A stretch of DNA of 32,000 nucleotides from Gemmata obscuriglobus. Lineage in GTDB: Bacteria > Planctomycetota > Planctomycetia > Gemmatales > Gemmataceae. The DNA is taken from NCBI RefSeq assembly GCF_008065095.1, contig NZ_CP042911.1:3090001-3122000 (forward strand), in the 5' to 3' direction. The translations under genes and the position numbers were made by a program. Positions 14,078 through 23,200 of this stretch are shown here, one piece after another; within the stretch, counting starts at the first letter, position 1; each line of letters starts with the position of its first letter. The notes beneath the pieces are model-generated. The model was not told where the DNA came from. It saw only the letters and a program-made list of their open reading frames with translations, and did not search any database.

Positions 14078-16783
14078 TCAGGCCGGCGCGAGGGCGGGAG
14101 AGCCGAGGGCGGCGCGGGCCTCGTCCGCGGCCTTCTTGCCGGCCAGGAACGCGTGGTCCGAGTTGTAGTACTCCCACTCGCTGTACCGCCCGGCCAACTG
14201 GACCCCGTGCCCCGCCAGCCACTCGCGGATCAGCCGCACGTTTGCCGGCCGGGCGTGGTCGTACACCACGTACGCGTGCGGCATGTCCACCTGGTTCGCC
14301 GTCCAGATCGGGTCCGCCGCGCCGATGATGCCGACCTTGACGCAGTCGGCGATGCACCGCCGGATCAGCTCCTCGCCGTCGCACGGGAGCGGCTTCAGCG
14401 GCCCGTAGGTGATCTCGCAGGTGAGCCCGAACCCGCCCGGCGGGTTGCAGTACGGGCTCGCGTTGCCCTGCACGAAGATGCGGTGGAACACCGTGTCCTC
14501 GGGGTAGTAGATCCAGTGCTTCTCGGTCACGCTCGCGCGGCCCACCCCGAGGTTCACGCACCGCACCGAGGTGAACCGCAGGGCCTCGGCCGCCCGCCGC
14601 ACCTTCTCGGGCGCCTCGTCCCCCATGGCCCGGATCAGCACCGGCAGCGGCATCGTGCTGATGAGCCGCTCGTACCCGATCTCCTCGCCCGCGGCCGTGG
14701 TCACCACCCGCCGCGACGGGGACACGGCCCGCACCCGGGTGTTCAACCGCAGCTCCCCCCGCAGCCGGGGCAGGAACCCGTCCATCAGGGCCTGAAAACC
14801 GCCCCGGAGCGGGTACCCGAACCGGGCGTTCGGCCCCATCGGCTTGGGCTTGGGCAGCAGCGCGCCTTCGATCATCTCGCGCAGGTCCGGCATCGGCACG
14901 CGGCCGCCCAGCCAGCTCGTCTCCATCGTGTCCAGCGGCACCGCCCAGATCTTCCGGTTGTACGGGATCGCGAAGTGCTTCGCGATCCCGGCGCCCCACA
15001 CCTTGTAGATGAACTCCTCGAAGTTCCGCGGCTCGGTCGGTTCGCCCCCCGCCCCGCTTCCGGCCGGCGGGGCCAGCGGCACCGTGCTCTCGGCTACCCC
15101 GTCCGCGCAGCAGTCGGACACGCCCGCGTCCTTCGGGTCGGCCGTCGGGAGGAGCCCGCACGCGCCGTTCTTCGCGGCGCCGTTCGCGTGCCCGTTCAAT
15201 GCGTGCTTCCCGTTGCCGTTCGTGCCGGACCCGTGGGCGGCCGGCAGCGGCTTTGGGGGCTCCGGCTTCGGGTTCGCGCTCCCGAAGCGGGCCTCGACCG
15301 CGCCCAGGATGCACTCCGTGATGACGTCCGCCGGGAGCCCGTACAGCGCCCCCTGGAACGGGTACCGGGTGTACACGTCCTTGCTGTAGACCCACGCCTC
15401 GCGGTCCTGCCAGTGGACGTTGTCGCCCAGCAGCAGCCCGTACATCTCGTGCACGTACGGGTCGTTCGAGAACATGATGTGCCCGGCCCAGTCGAACGTG
15501 AACCCGTTGTCCACCAGCGACCGGCACCACCCGCCGACCGTGTCGTTGCTCTCGAGCAGGAGCGCGTCCTCGCCCAGGTGGTACGCGGCGCTCAGCCCGG
15601 TCGGGCCGGCCCCGATCACCACCACCGGAGCGGATGTCGCGCGGGCGGGGCTCCCGCCCCCGGCGCCGTCGGTGGCACGTTCCCCGCACTCCTCAATGCG
15701 GTCGGCCATGAGGGTGACGGTCGCGTCCCACGAGGTCTTCGCCAGCACTGACTTATATTGCTCCAACCGCCGCCGCCTCGCGTCGGGAGTTTCGGCCAGC
15801 GCCCGCTCGCACGCGGCAACGAACGCGTCGGCCGTGTCCGCGAGCCCCACCATCGCGCCGTACGGCTCGGCCACGTCGGTGATGGGCGTGGACACGATCG
15901 GCTTGCCGGCCGCCATGTACTCGACCGTCTTGGTCGGGCTGATGTACCGGGTGGACTCGTTCCGCGCGAACGGGAGCAGCGCCACGTCCCAGCCTGCCAG
16001 GAGCGCGGGCAGGTCCGCGTACGGCCGCTGGCCCAAGAAGTGGACGTTGGGGTTGCGGGGCAGGTCCGCCGGGTCGATCTTGACCACCGGCCCGACCATG
16101 ACGAACTGCCAGTCGGGCCGGGCGGTGGCGGCGGCCGCGAGCAGCTCGCGGTCGAACCGCTCGTCGATCACGCCGAAGAACCCGAGCCGCGGGCGCGGCA
16201 GGGCCGCCTGCTCGGCCGGTTCCGGCAGTGGCCCGGCCGCGGTGCCGAAGTGGGCGGCGTCCACGCTCGACGGGAAGCAGTGGCAGTTCGGGTGACGGTC
16301 CTTCTTCGCCCGGTACAGGCTCGGGCCGCCGGTGAACACCACGTCGGACCGCTCCAGCAGCCGGCGCTCCAGGTCCAGGAGCTGCGGCGGGGCGAACTTG
16401 AACGCCGACAGCTCGTCCATGCAGTCGTACACCGTGACCCGCGGGGCCAGCCCGTCGGCCAGCGGCAGCGCCATCGGGGTGTAGAACCACAGGTCGTACG
16501 CCCCGCTGGCGCCCGCGAGCAGCTCGCGCACGAGCGGGCGCAGCTCGGGGTACTGCGCGTCGTTGAACCCCGCGTGCCCGGCGCGGGTGTGCGGCCGGCA
16601 CACGGTCAGGCCCGGCGGCCCCTCGCGCAGCTCCCACCGCGGCGGGCCGTCCGTTTGGGTCGGCTCCTCGACGAAGAACACCGGGCGCGTGCGGGCCAGA
16701 CGGGTCATCAGGTGCTGCGGGCGCTGAAAGACGAAATCCCAGCGGAGGTGCGAGAATACGACGAGCGCAGGGGGCTTGGACAT
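14078..16783 (-). CDS. Fusion protein: N-terminal glycosyltransferase (~15641-16783) plus C-terminal FAD-dependent, UDP-galactopyranose-mutase/amine-oxidase-like domain (~14078-15640)
   Basis: The N-terminus VVFSHLRWDFVFQRPQHLMTRLA is the signature of a GT family that I recall usually neighbouring glf/UGM genes. The C-terminal half begins with the dinucleotide-binding VVVIGAGPTGLSAAYHLGEDALLLESNDTVGGWCRS and ends with GRYSEWEYYNSDHAFLAG, typical of UGM/HemY-like flavoenzymes. Confidence 0.85.
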   Translation of the reverse strand: MSKPPALVVFSHLRWDFVFQRPQHLMTRLARTRPVFFVEEPTQTDGPPRWELREGPPGLTVCRPHTRAGHAGFNDAQYPELRPLVRELLAGASGAYDLWFYTPMALPLADGLAPRVTVYDCMDELSAFKFAPPQLLDLERRLLERSDVVFTGGPSLYRAKKDRHPNCHCFPSSVDAAHFGTAAGPLPEPAEQAALPRPRLGFFGVIDERFDRELLAAAATARPDWQFVMVGPVVKIDPADLPRNPNVHFLGQRPYADLPALLAGWDVALLPFARNESTRYISPTKTVEYMAAGKPIVSTPITDVAEPYGAMVGLADTADAFVAACERALAETPDARRRRLEQYKSVLAKTSWDATVTLMADRIEECGERATDGAGGGSPARATSAPVVVIGAGPTGLSAAYHLGEDALLLESNDTVGGWCRSLVDNGFTFDWAGHIMFSNDPYVHEMYGLLLGDNVHWQDREAWVYSKDVYTRYPFQGALYGLPADVITECILGAVEARFGSANPKPEPPKPLPAAHGSGTNGNGKHALNGHANGAAKNGACGLLPTADPKDAGVSDCCADGVAESTVPLAPPAGSGAGGEPTEPRNFEEFIYKVWGAGIAKHFAIPYNRKIWAVPLDTMETSWLGGRVPMPDLREMIEGALLPKPKPMGPNARFGYPLRGGFQALMDGFLPRLRGELRLNTRVRAVSPSRRVVTTAAGEEIGYERLISTMPLPVLIRAMGDEAPEKVRRAAEALRFTSVRCVNLGVGRASVTEKHWIYYPEDTVFHRIFVQGNASPYCNPPGGFGLTCEITYGPLKPLPCDGEELIRRCIADCVKVGIIGAADPIWTANQVDMPHAYVVYDHARPANVRLIREWLAGHGVQLAGRYSEWEYYNSDHAFLAGKKAADEARAALGSPALAPA

Positions 16784-16789
16784 ATCTGG

Positions 16790-16822
16790 CCTCGGGAGCG
16801 GGCGGGTGGCGTCGTCCCGAGG
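16790..16822 (-). promoter_or_regulatory. 8-bp-stem hairpin covering the SD-like GAGG of the GT::FAD fusion gene
   Basis: CCTCGGGA (16790-16797) pairs with TCCCGAGG (16815-16822). On the minus strand the 3' arm reads tcccGAGGccagatATG. A second 8-bp hairpin is CTCCCGAC/GTCGGGAG at 16861-16881. Confidence 0.4.
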
Positions 16823-16969
16823 TGAGCAACTGATGCACCAGACGGGCGGGTCCGGCGAAGCTCCCGACAGGGCGTCGGGAGGCCACGCAATCGGTCCGCG
16901 GCGTTGTGTCAGAGGGTTCCCGTGCCGCGCGCCATTCGCCGACCGCGAGGCCGGCGGCGGGCGCCGGCT

Positions 16970-18826
16970 TCACACCCCTTCGCGGCGGCCTGCCCGCTGC
17001 CGGTGCATGAGTTCGTCGCGCCACCCCTGCTCCTGTTCGTGCTCCTGGGCCGTCGTCGGGCCGCGCGTGGCCCGGGCGATGTCGGCGAGCGGGAACTTGG
17101 GGGTGCGGTCCGCGAACAACAGCCCGTTCGCCTCCTGGTACGTGTCCGCGAACTGCGTGTAGCAGAACCCGGACAGCACCGGCAGCGCGCGCACCACTGC
17201 CAGCAGTCGGGAGTACCGGTCGGCGAGCGCCTGCGTCGAGCCGACCCGGCTGTAGCCCCAGGCGCCGACGTCGGGCGAGTACGCGATCCCGCCGAACTCG
17301 GTCAGCACCACCGGGTGGTCCGGGTGCTGGGCGCCGGCGTCCCCGAGAACCAGCATCCGGCCGCCGGGGCGCTCGCGCCGGAACAGCCGGGACAGGTCGT
17401 CGGCGGCGCCGTACCGGGCGGCGATGCGCTCGAGCTGGTCGTCGTAGTCGTGGATCCCGATGACATCGGTGGCCACGCTCTCCCACCCGTCGTTGCCCAC
17501 CACCGGGCGCGCCGGGTCGAGCGTCTTGGTGAGGAAGTACAGGGCGCGGACGTAGTTCCGCTGGGCCGGGCTGTCGGGCAGGTCCGGGACGCCCCAGGAC
17601 TCGTTGAACGGCACCCACGCGATCACGCACGGGTGCGAGCGGTCGCGCTCGATCACCGCGGCCCACTCGGCCGTCAGCCGCTCGACGGATTCGGTGTTGA
17701 ACCGGTACGCGCTGGGCATCTCCTCCCACACCAGGAGCCCGAGGGCGTCGGCCCAGTACAAGTACCGCGGGTCCTCGATCTTCTGGTGCTTCCGCACCCC
17801 GTTGAACCCCATCGCCTTGGTGAGTTCGACGTCGCGCCGGAGCGCGTCGTCGTCGGGCGCGGTCTGGCCCGTTCCGGGCCAGTACCCCTGGTCCAGAACC
17901 AGCCGGAGCGCGAGCGGGCGGCCGTTCAAGACGAACCGGTCGCCCTGAACGGCGATCGACCGCAGCGCGGTGTAGCTCCACGCCTCGTCGACCACCGCGC
18001 CGTCCGGGCCGAGCAACTGGAGGTGCGCGTTGATGAGCGTCGGGCGCTCCGGGCTCCACAGCAGCTCGTTCCGGTAGTCGTCGATGCCGGGGTCGGACAG
18101 CGCGATGCGGCGGTGCACCTCGCCCGCGACCACGCGGTAGGTGTCGTCGGCCAGGAGCACGGGGCCGGCGGTGAGGACGGCCCGCAGCCGCAGCCCGTCC
18201 GGGGGCGGGCCGCCGTCGGTGTGGACGAACGCCTCCAGCCCGATCTCCCACCGCTCCAGCGTCGGGGTCCAGCGCACCCGGCCGATCCGCACCGCCGGCA
18301 CGCGCTCGAGCCACACCGGCTGCCAGATGCCGGTGGCCCGCGGGTACCAGATGGAGTGCGGGTGGAGCTGCCAGTCCTGCTTGCCGCGCGGCTTCGCCAG
18401 GTCGTGCGGGTCGTCGTCGGCGCGGACCACCAGTTCGACCGGGCCGCCCCCCGCCGCGGCGGTCGTCACGTCCGCGTGGAACGGGGTGTACCCGCCCCGG
18501 TGGGCGGCGACCCGGGCGCCGTTGGCCCACACCACGGACTCGTAATCGACCGCGCCGAAATGCACGTGCAGCCGCTCGTGGGGCTTGAGTTCGGCGGGCG
18601 GCAGGCGGAGCCGGTACCAGCACCGCTTGTAGAAGCCCGATTCGGCAACGCCGCTGGCTTCCGTTTCCGGGGCGAACGGCACCCGGATCGTGCCGTCCCA
18701 GGTGACTTCCGGAGGGGACGACCACCGCGCGCCCGGGTCGCGCGCGAACTCCCACGTGCCGTCGAGAGAGGTCCAGTTGCGGCGCAGTTGCGGGCGCGGG
18801 TGGGTCGGCCGGTTGCGGTCGGGCAT
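16970..18826 (-). CDS. Glycoside hydrolase family 2 protein (beta-galactosidase/glucuronidase-like), 618 aa
   Basis: LDGTWEF...VPFAPE...YKRCWY...VNG...GGYTPF (sugar-binding domain) and [10 protein letters not shown]...WVPFNESWG (TIM barrel with the NE acid/base motif). Start chosen at MPDRNRP (ATG complement of 18824-18826), preceded by AGGAG. The upstream 105 codons of track ORF 16970..19141 look non-coding. Confidence 0.85.
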   Translation of the reverse strand: MPDRNRPTHPRPQLRRNWTSLDGTWEFARDPGARWSSPPEVTWDGTIRVPFAPETEASGVAESGFYKRCWYRLRLPPAELKPHERLHVHFGAVDYESVVWANGARVAAHRGGYTPFHADVTTAAAGGGPVELVVRADDDPHDLAKPRGKQDWQLHPHSIWYPRATGIWQPVWLERVPAVRIGRVRWTPTLERWEIGLEAFVHTDGGPPPDGLRLRAVLTAGPVLLADDTYRVVAGEVHRRIALSDPGIDDYRNELLWSPERPTLINAHLQLLGPDGAVVDEAWSYTALRSIAVQGDRFVLNGRPLALRLVLDQGYWPGTGQTAPDDDALRRDVELTKAMGFNGVRKHQKIEDPRYLYWADALGLLVWEEMPSAYRFNTESVERLTAEWAAVIERDRSHPCVIAWVPFNESWGVPDLPDSPAQRNYVRALYFLTKTLDPARPVVGNDGWESVATDVIGIHDYDDQLERIAARYGAADDLSRLFRRERPGGRMLVLGDAGAQHPDHPVVLTEFGGIAYSPDVGAWGYSRVGSTQALADRYSRLLAVVRALPVLSGFCYTQFADTYQEANGLLFADRTPKFPLADIARATRGPTTAQEHEQEQGWRDELMHRQRAGRREGV

Positions 18827-18994
18827 TCCGTTTCTCCTATGTCGGTATGGCGAAGCAGTGCAAACGAAGTACCGGCCTTTCTGTCGGGAGTACGGTAAGT
18901 CGCGCCGGGCGGGCGCCCGGGGGGCACGAGCGTTGCTGTCAAACAAAATTACGTGCCGACATGATCTAACGATCGATAGAATTGTGAGGGAGCC

Positions 18995-19387
18995 GTGGGC
19001 ATCACGATTCTTCGCAGCGGAACGTGTGCGCTCGCGGGGGGCCAAGGGCTCTACTTCCTGGTGACTGGCGTGTGGCCACTGGCACACATGGAGAGCTTCC
19101 TGGCCGTCACCGGTCCGAAAACCGATCTGTGGTTGGTTCAAACCGTCGGCGCGCTCATCGCGGCGGTCGGCACGGCCCTGCTGTTGGCCGCGCTGAGCGG
19201 CCGGGTGACGTGGGACGTGGCGCTGCTCGGCGCGCTAACCGCTGCCGCGCTGGCCGCGGTGGACATCACCTTTGTGACGCGCGACGTGATCCCGCCGGTC
19301 TACCTTGCGGACGCGGTTCCGGAAGTTGTGTTCGTGTTGTGGTGGCTCGTGGGCGCGGCACGCGCAGCAGGGCCTCGCAGCGGTTGA
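18995..19387 (+). CDS. Small integral membrane protein (130 aa, about 4 hydrophobic helices)
   Basis: GTG start preceded by GAGGGAG. Hydrophobic segments are [51 protein letters not shown] and [12 protein letters not shown]. No family recognised. Confidence 0.5.
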   Translation: MGITILRSGTCALAGGQGLYFLVTGVWPLAHMESFLAVTGPKTDLWLVQTVGALIAAVGTALLLAALSGRVTWDVALLGALTAAALAAVDITFVTRDVIPPVYLADAVPEVVFVLWWLVGAARAAGPRSG

Positions 19388-20259
19388 AGTCCGGAGCGTT
19401 TTCGCACCGAGCTGCGGCGCCCGCCTGTACCGCCCACGGCACCAGCACGCCGTCCACTTGCAGAAGCGTCAGCACGTAACCGTGCCGAAGTGTTTTGCAG
19501 ATGAAAACAAATGCACCGGCATTCGTAGCGTGATCAAATTTGCAAAGCGGTCCCAATTCGTCGCGTTATGCCGTCCTGAACGATTCCAACGATTTCCGGT
19601 TTCCCGACTCCGCGTTAGTGGCCCACTCGGCCGCGACCCCAGCAGCGAGTCGCGGTGCCATCAGGAGGGGAGAGGGACACCAGGGCGCGGCACGTGTCGC
19701 GTGGGTGGTGTGACCAGCGCCGGCAGGTGGACCCCGGCGTTCCTGATCGTGGCGAGTCTGTAACGGGGGGGGGACGCTCATGGCTTGGGTCGCCGACTGG
19801 AGGAGCAACGAGACGTTCGCTGGTACTCCGACTACCGATTGGCTGTCGATTCGCTGGTGCGTCGCTACCACCGAACGGCGCCATCAAAACCCGATTAACA
19901 TTTACAAGCGGCAGGCGATCGGCCGCTGGGTGGCTCGAATAATCAGGCGGCAACATGTGATTCCGAAAGCTGTTGCGGCTGATCGAATCGGAATGTGACT
20001 CGATCCCGCTCAGGCGGACGCGGGTCTCTGTTCGGCCCAACGTTGCTCCAGATTCCATAACCAGTACCGGGATCACGTCACAAACAGTCGACAGCCGCAC
20101 GGCCGCGGTGTCAGGAATTGTGACCGTTGCACCGCCCGGGTCGATAGCTACTGTAAGTTAACGTTCCGCCGGACAGGCCGTCGTTCTGCCCGCACCGGTC
20201 GCGCACCGACATTCGACCTACCGACGCACCGTAGCACGAATGCTGCCGTCGTTAGGATA

Positions 20260-23200
20260 ATGCCCTTTGCGGTCGTGTCCCGAGGCCCTTACCGTTCTCA
20301 AGGACACGCGTCCATGGCCGACGAAATTGCCCCCGCCCCCCCGGCGCCCGAAGGTCCGCCCGACGCCGAGCAGGACCGCCTCGCCCAACCGGTGGATGCC
20401 GAGCAGCCGCCCCGGCTCCCCTTTCCGGTCGTCGGGGTCGGCGCCTCGGCCGGCGGGCTGGAAGCGTTCTCCGCGTTCCTGGCCGCCATGCCGCCCGACG
20501 CCGGAATGGCGTTCGTCTTCATCCTCCACCTCCCGCCCGATCACAACAGCCTGCTGGCCGACATCCTCGCCCGCCGCACCGCCATGCCCGTCCACCAGGT
20601 CGAGGACGGGCTCGCGGTCGAGCCGGATCACGTGTACGTTACCCGCCCGGGCCACGTCGTCGGCATCCGCGAGGGCCGCCTCCGCGTTGGCCCGGAGCTG
20701 GGCGGTCCGCGGGCGGCCAACCGCCCGGTGGACGACTTCTTCCGCACGCTGGCCGAAGAGCAGCGGGAGCGGGCGGTCTGCGTGCTCCTGAGCGGCATGG
20801 GGTCCAACGGCACCGCCGGCGCGCAGGCGGTCAAGGCCGTCGGCGGGCTGTGCGTCGCCCAGGACCCGGACTCGGCTCAGTACCCGAGCATGCCCCGGCA
20901 CCTGATCGACGCCGGGTACGCCGACTACATCGTCCGCCCGGCCGACCTGCCGGACGTGCTCCTCACGTACGCGCGCAGCCGCTACGCCACCGGCGGTCGG
21001 GAGGCCGACGCCCGGGCGGCGCTGGAGCGGGAGCAGCAGCACCTGCGCGAGGTCGTGGCCATCCTGCGGACCCGCACCCGGCAGGACTTCACCGGGTACA
21101 AGAAGCCCACCATCCTGCGCCGGGTGCAGCGGCGGATGGGGCTGCTCCGCGTGCCCACCATGGCCGAATACGCCCGGCACCTGCGGCAGAGCCCGAACGA
21201 GGTGACGGGGCTGGCCGACGACCTGCTGATCCACGTCACCGGGTTCTTCCGCGACCCGGAGGCGTGGGAGGTCTTGCGGGAGAAGGTCATCGCCCCGCTC
21301 GTCCGGACCCGCGAGGCCGGCGGCCCGGTGCGGGCGTGGGTGGCGGCGTGCTCGAGCGGGGAGGAGGCGTACACCCTGGCCATGATCCTGGTCGAGGAGT
21401 CGGACCGGGCGGACAAGCGGCTGGACATCAAGGTGTTCGCCACCGACTTGGCCGACCGCACCCTGTCCCACGCCCGGGCCGGGGTGTACCCCGGCGGGAT
21501 CGAGAGCGAGATCAGTTCCGAGCGGCTGCGGCGGTTCTTCACCCGGGAGGACGAGGTGTACCGGGTGCGCCAGGAGCTGCGGGACCGGGTGGTGTTCGCC
21601 CCGCAGAACATCCTCCAGGACCCACCGTTCAGCCGGCTGGACATCGCCACCTGCCGCAACCTGCTCATCTACCTGGAGGCCGAGGTGCAGAAGCGGGTGC
21701 TGACGCTCCTGCACTTCGGGCTGCGCGAGGGCGGGGCCCTGTTCCTCGGCACGAGCGAGACGATCGGCGGCGCCGAGGAGCTGTTCGAGCCGGTGGACAA
21801 GAAGGCCCGCATCTACCGCCGGGTCGGGCCGACCCGGCACGGGCTGGTCGAGTTCCCGCTGCCGCGCCCGGTCCCGCCCCTCGCCGCCCCGGACGAGGCG
21901 CGGGGCCAGGCGCCCGCCCCGCGCCCGTCGCCCCCCGGCGACCGTTCGGTCGGGGAGCTCACCCGGCAGGCGCTCCTGGAGCACCACGCCCCGCCGGCGG
22001 TGGCCGTGGACCGCGACTTCCGGGTGGTGTACTACCACGGCGACACGTCCCCGTTCCTCCGGCAGGCCTCCGGCGAGCCGACCCGGGACCTGCTGCTCCT
22101 GGCCCGCGAGGGGGTGCGCGGCGCGGTCCGGCTCGCGCTCCAGCAGGCCGCGGCCCAGCAGCAGCCGGCCACGGCCCGCGACGGCTGGGTCGAGCGGCCG
22201 GGGCGCCGGGTGCGGGTGGAGGTGACCGCGTCGCCCGTGCCCGCCGGGACCCGGGCGGGTCACTTCGTCGTCAGCTTTGAGGAGTACGGCGAGGTGCCCG
22301 CGGCGGCGGGGCCGGACGGCGAGACCGGCGACCTGGCCCGGCTCCGGGCCGAGTTGCAGAGCACGATCGAGGAGCTGCAAACCAGCAACGAGGAGCTGAA
22401 GGCCTCCCACGAGGAGGCGATGAGCGTCAACGAGGAGCTGCAAAGCGCCAACGAGGAGCTGGAGACCTCGAAGGAGGAGATGCAGAGCCTGAACGAGGAG
22501 CTGCGGACCGTGAACGCCCAACTCCGGGCGAAGATGGAGGAGCACCAGGCGGCCAGCAGCGACCTGACCAGCCTTCTCACCAGCACCGACATCGCGGTGC
22601 TGTTCCTGGACACCCGGTTCCGCATCCGCCGGTTCACCCCGGCCGTCCGCGACCTGCTCGACCTGATCCCGGGCGACATCGGCCGGCCGCTGACGGCCCT
22701 GGCCCGGAAGTTCGACGACCCGCACCTGGACGACGACTGCCGGGCGGTGCTGGAGCGGCTGGCGCCGGTCGCCCGGGAGGTGCCCACGGCGGCCGGCCGG
22801 CACTACCTGCGGCGGGTGCTCCCGTACCGGACCGTGGACGACCGCATCGACGGGGTGGTGGTCACCTTCGTGGACGTGACCGAGCGGAAGCGGGCCGAAG
22901 ACGCCCTGGCGGCGGAGAAGGGGTACGCCGAGAGCATCGTCGAAACGCTCCACGAGCCCCTGCTGATCCTCCACCCGGACCTGACGGTCAAGGGCGTCAA
23001 CCCGGCGTTCTACACCCACTTCCGGGTCAACCCGGCGGGCACGATCGGGCGGAAGGTGTACCACCTCGGCAACGGGCAGTGGGACATCCCGGCCCTGCGG
23101 ACGCTGCTGGAGGACGTGCTCCCGGGCAGCAACGTGTTCAACGATTACGAGGTGACCCACGAGTTCGAGGGCCTGGGCCGGCGGGTGATGCTGGTGAACG

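Noticed and set aside
11874-15751. Plus-strand ORFs 11874..14168 (764 aa) and 13898..15751 (617 aa), plus 16904..18898 (664 aa)
   Set aside because: They lie opposite the glycan-cluster genes, which have clear catalytic motifs on the minus strand. Their translations are Arg/Pro/Gly-rich without motifs.
15753-18755. 1000-aa minus-strand ORF spanning the GH2 and GT genes
   Set aside because: It is out of frame with two well-supported genes (16970..18826 and 14078..16783) and crosses their intergenic gap. Its composition is dominated by Arg/Pro/Gly/Ala, and it has no recognisable domain.
18960-18994. Sigma70-like CCGACA-N15/16-TAGAAT upstream of the 18995 GTG
   Set aside because: The -35 match is poor and the spacing is short. 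The implied leader would barely include the SD. Planctomycete promoter consensus is not well enough established to call this from sequence alone.
18827-19141. 105-codon upstream extension of the GH2 ORF
   Set aside because: It would overlap the divergent membrane-protein gene and its promoter region. The internal ATG (18826) has an AGGAG SD, and the GH2 homology begins just after it.
19266-19556. 96-aa minus-strand ORF overlapping the 3' end of the membrane-protein gene
   Set aside because: It overlaps 18995..19387 by about 120 nt and has no SD or family resemblance. Its distal half is Arg/Pro-rich. Only the first ~55 codons look protein-like, which is not enough support.
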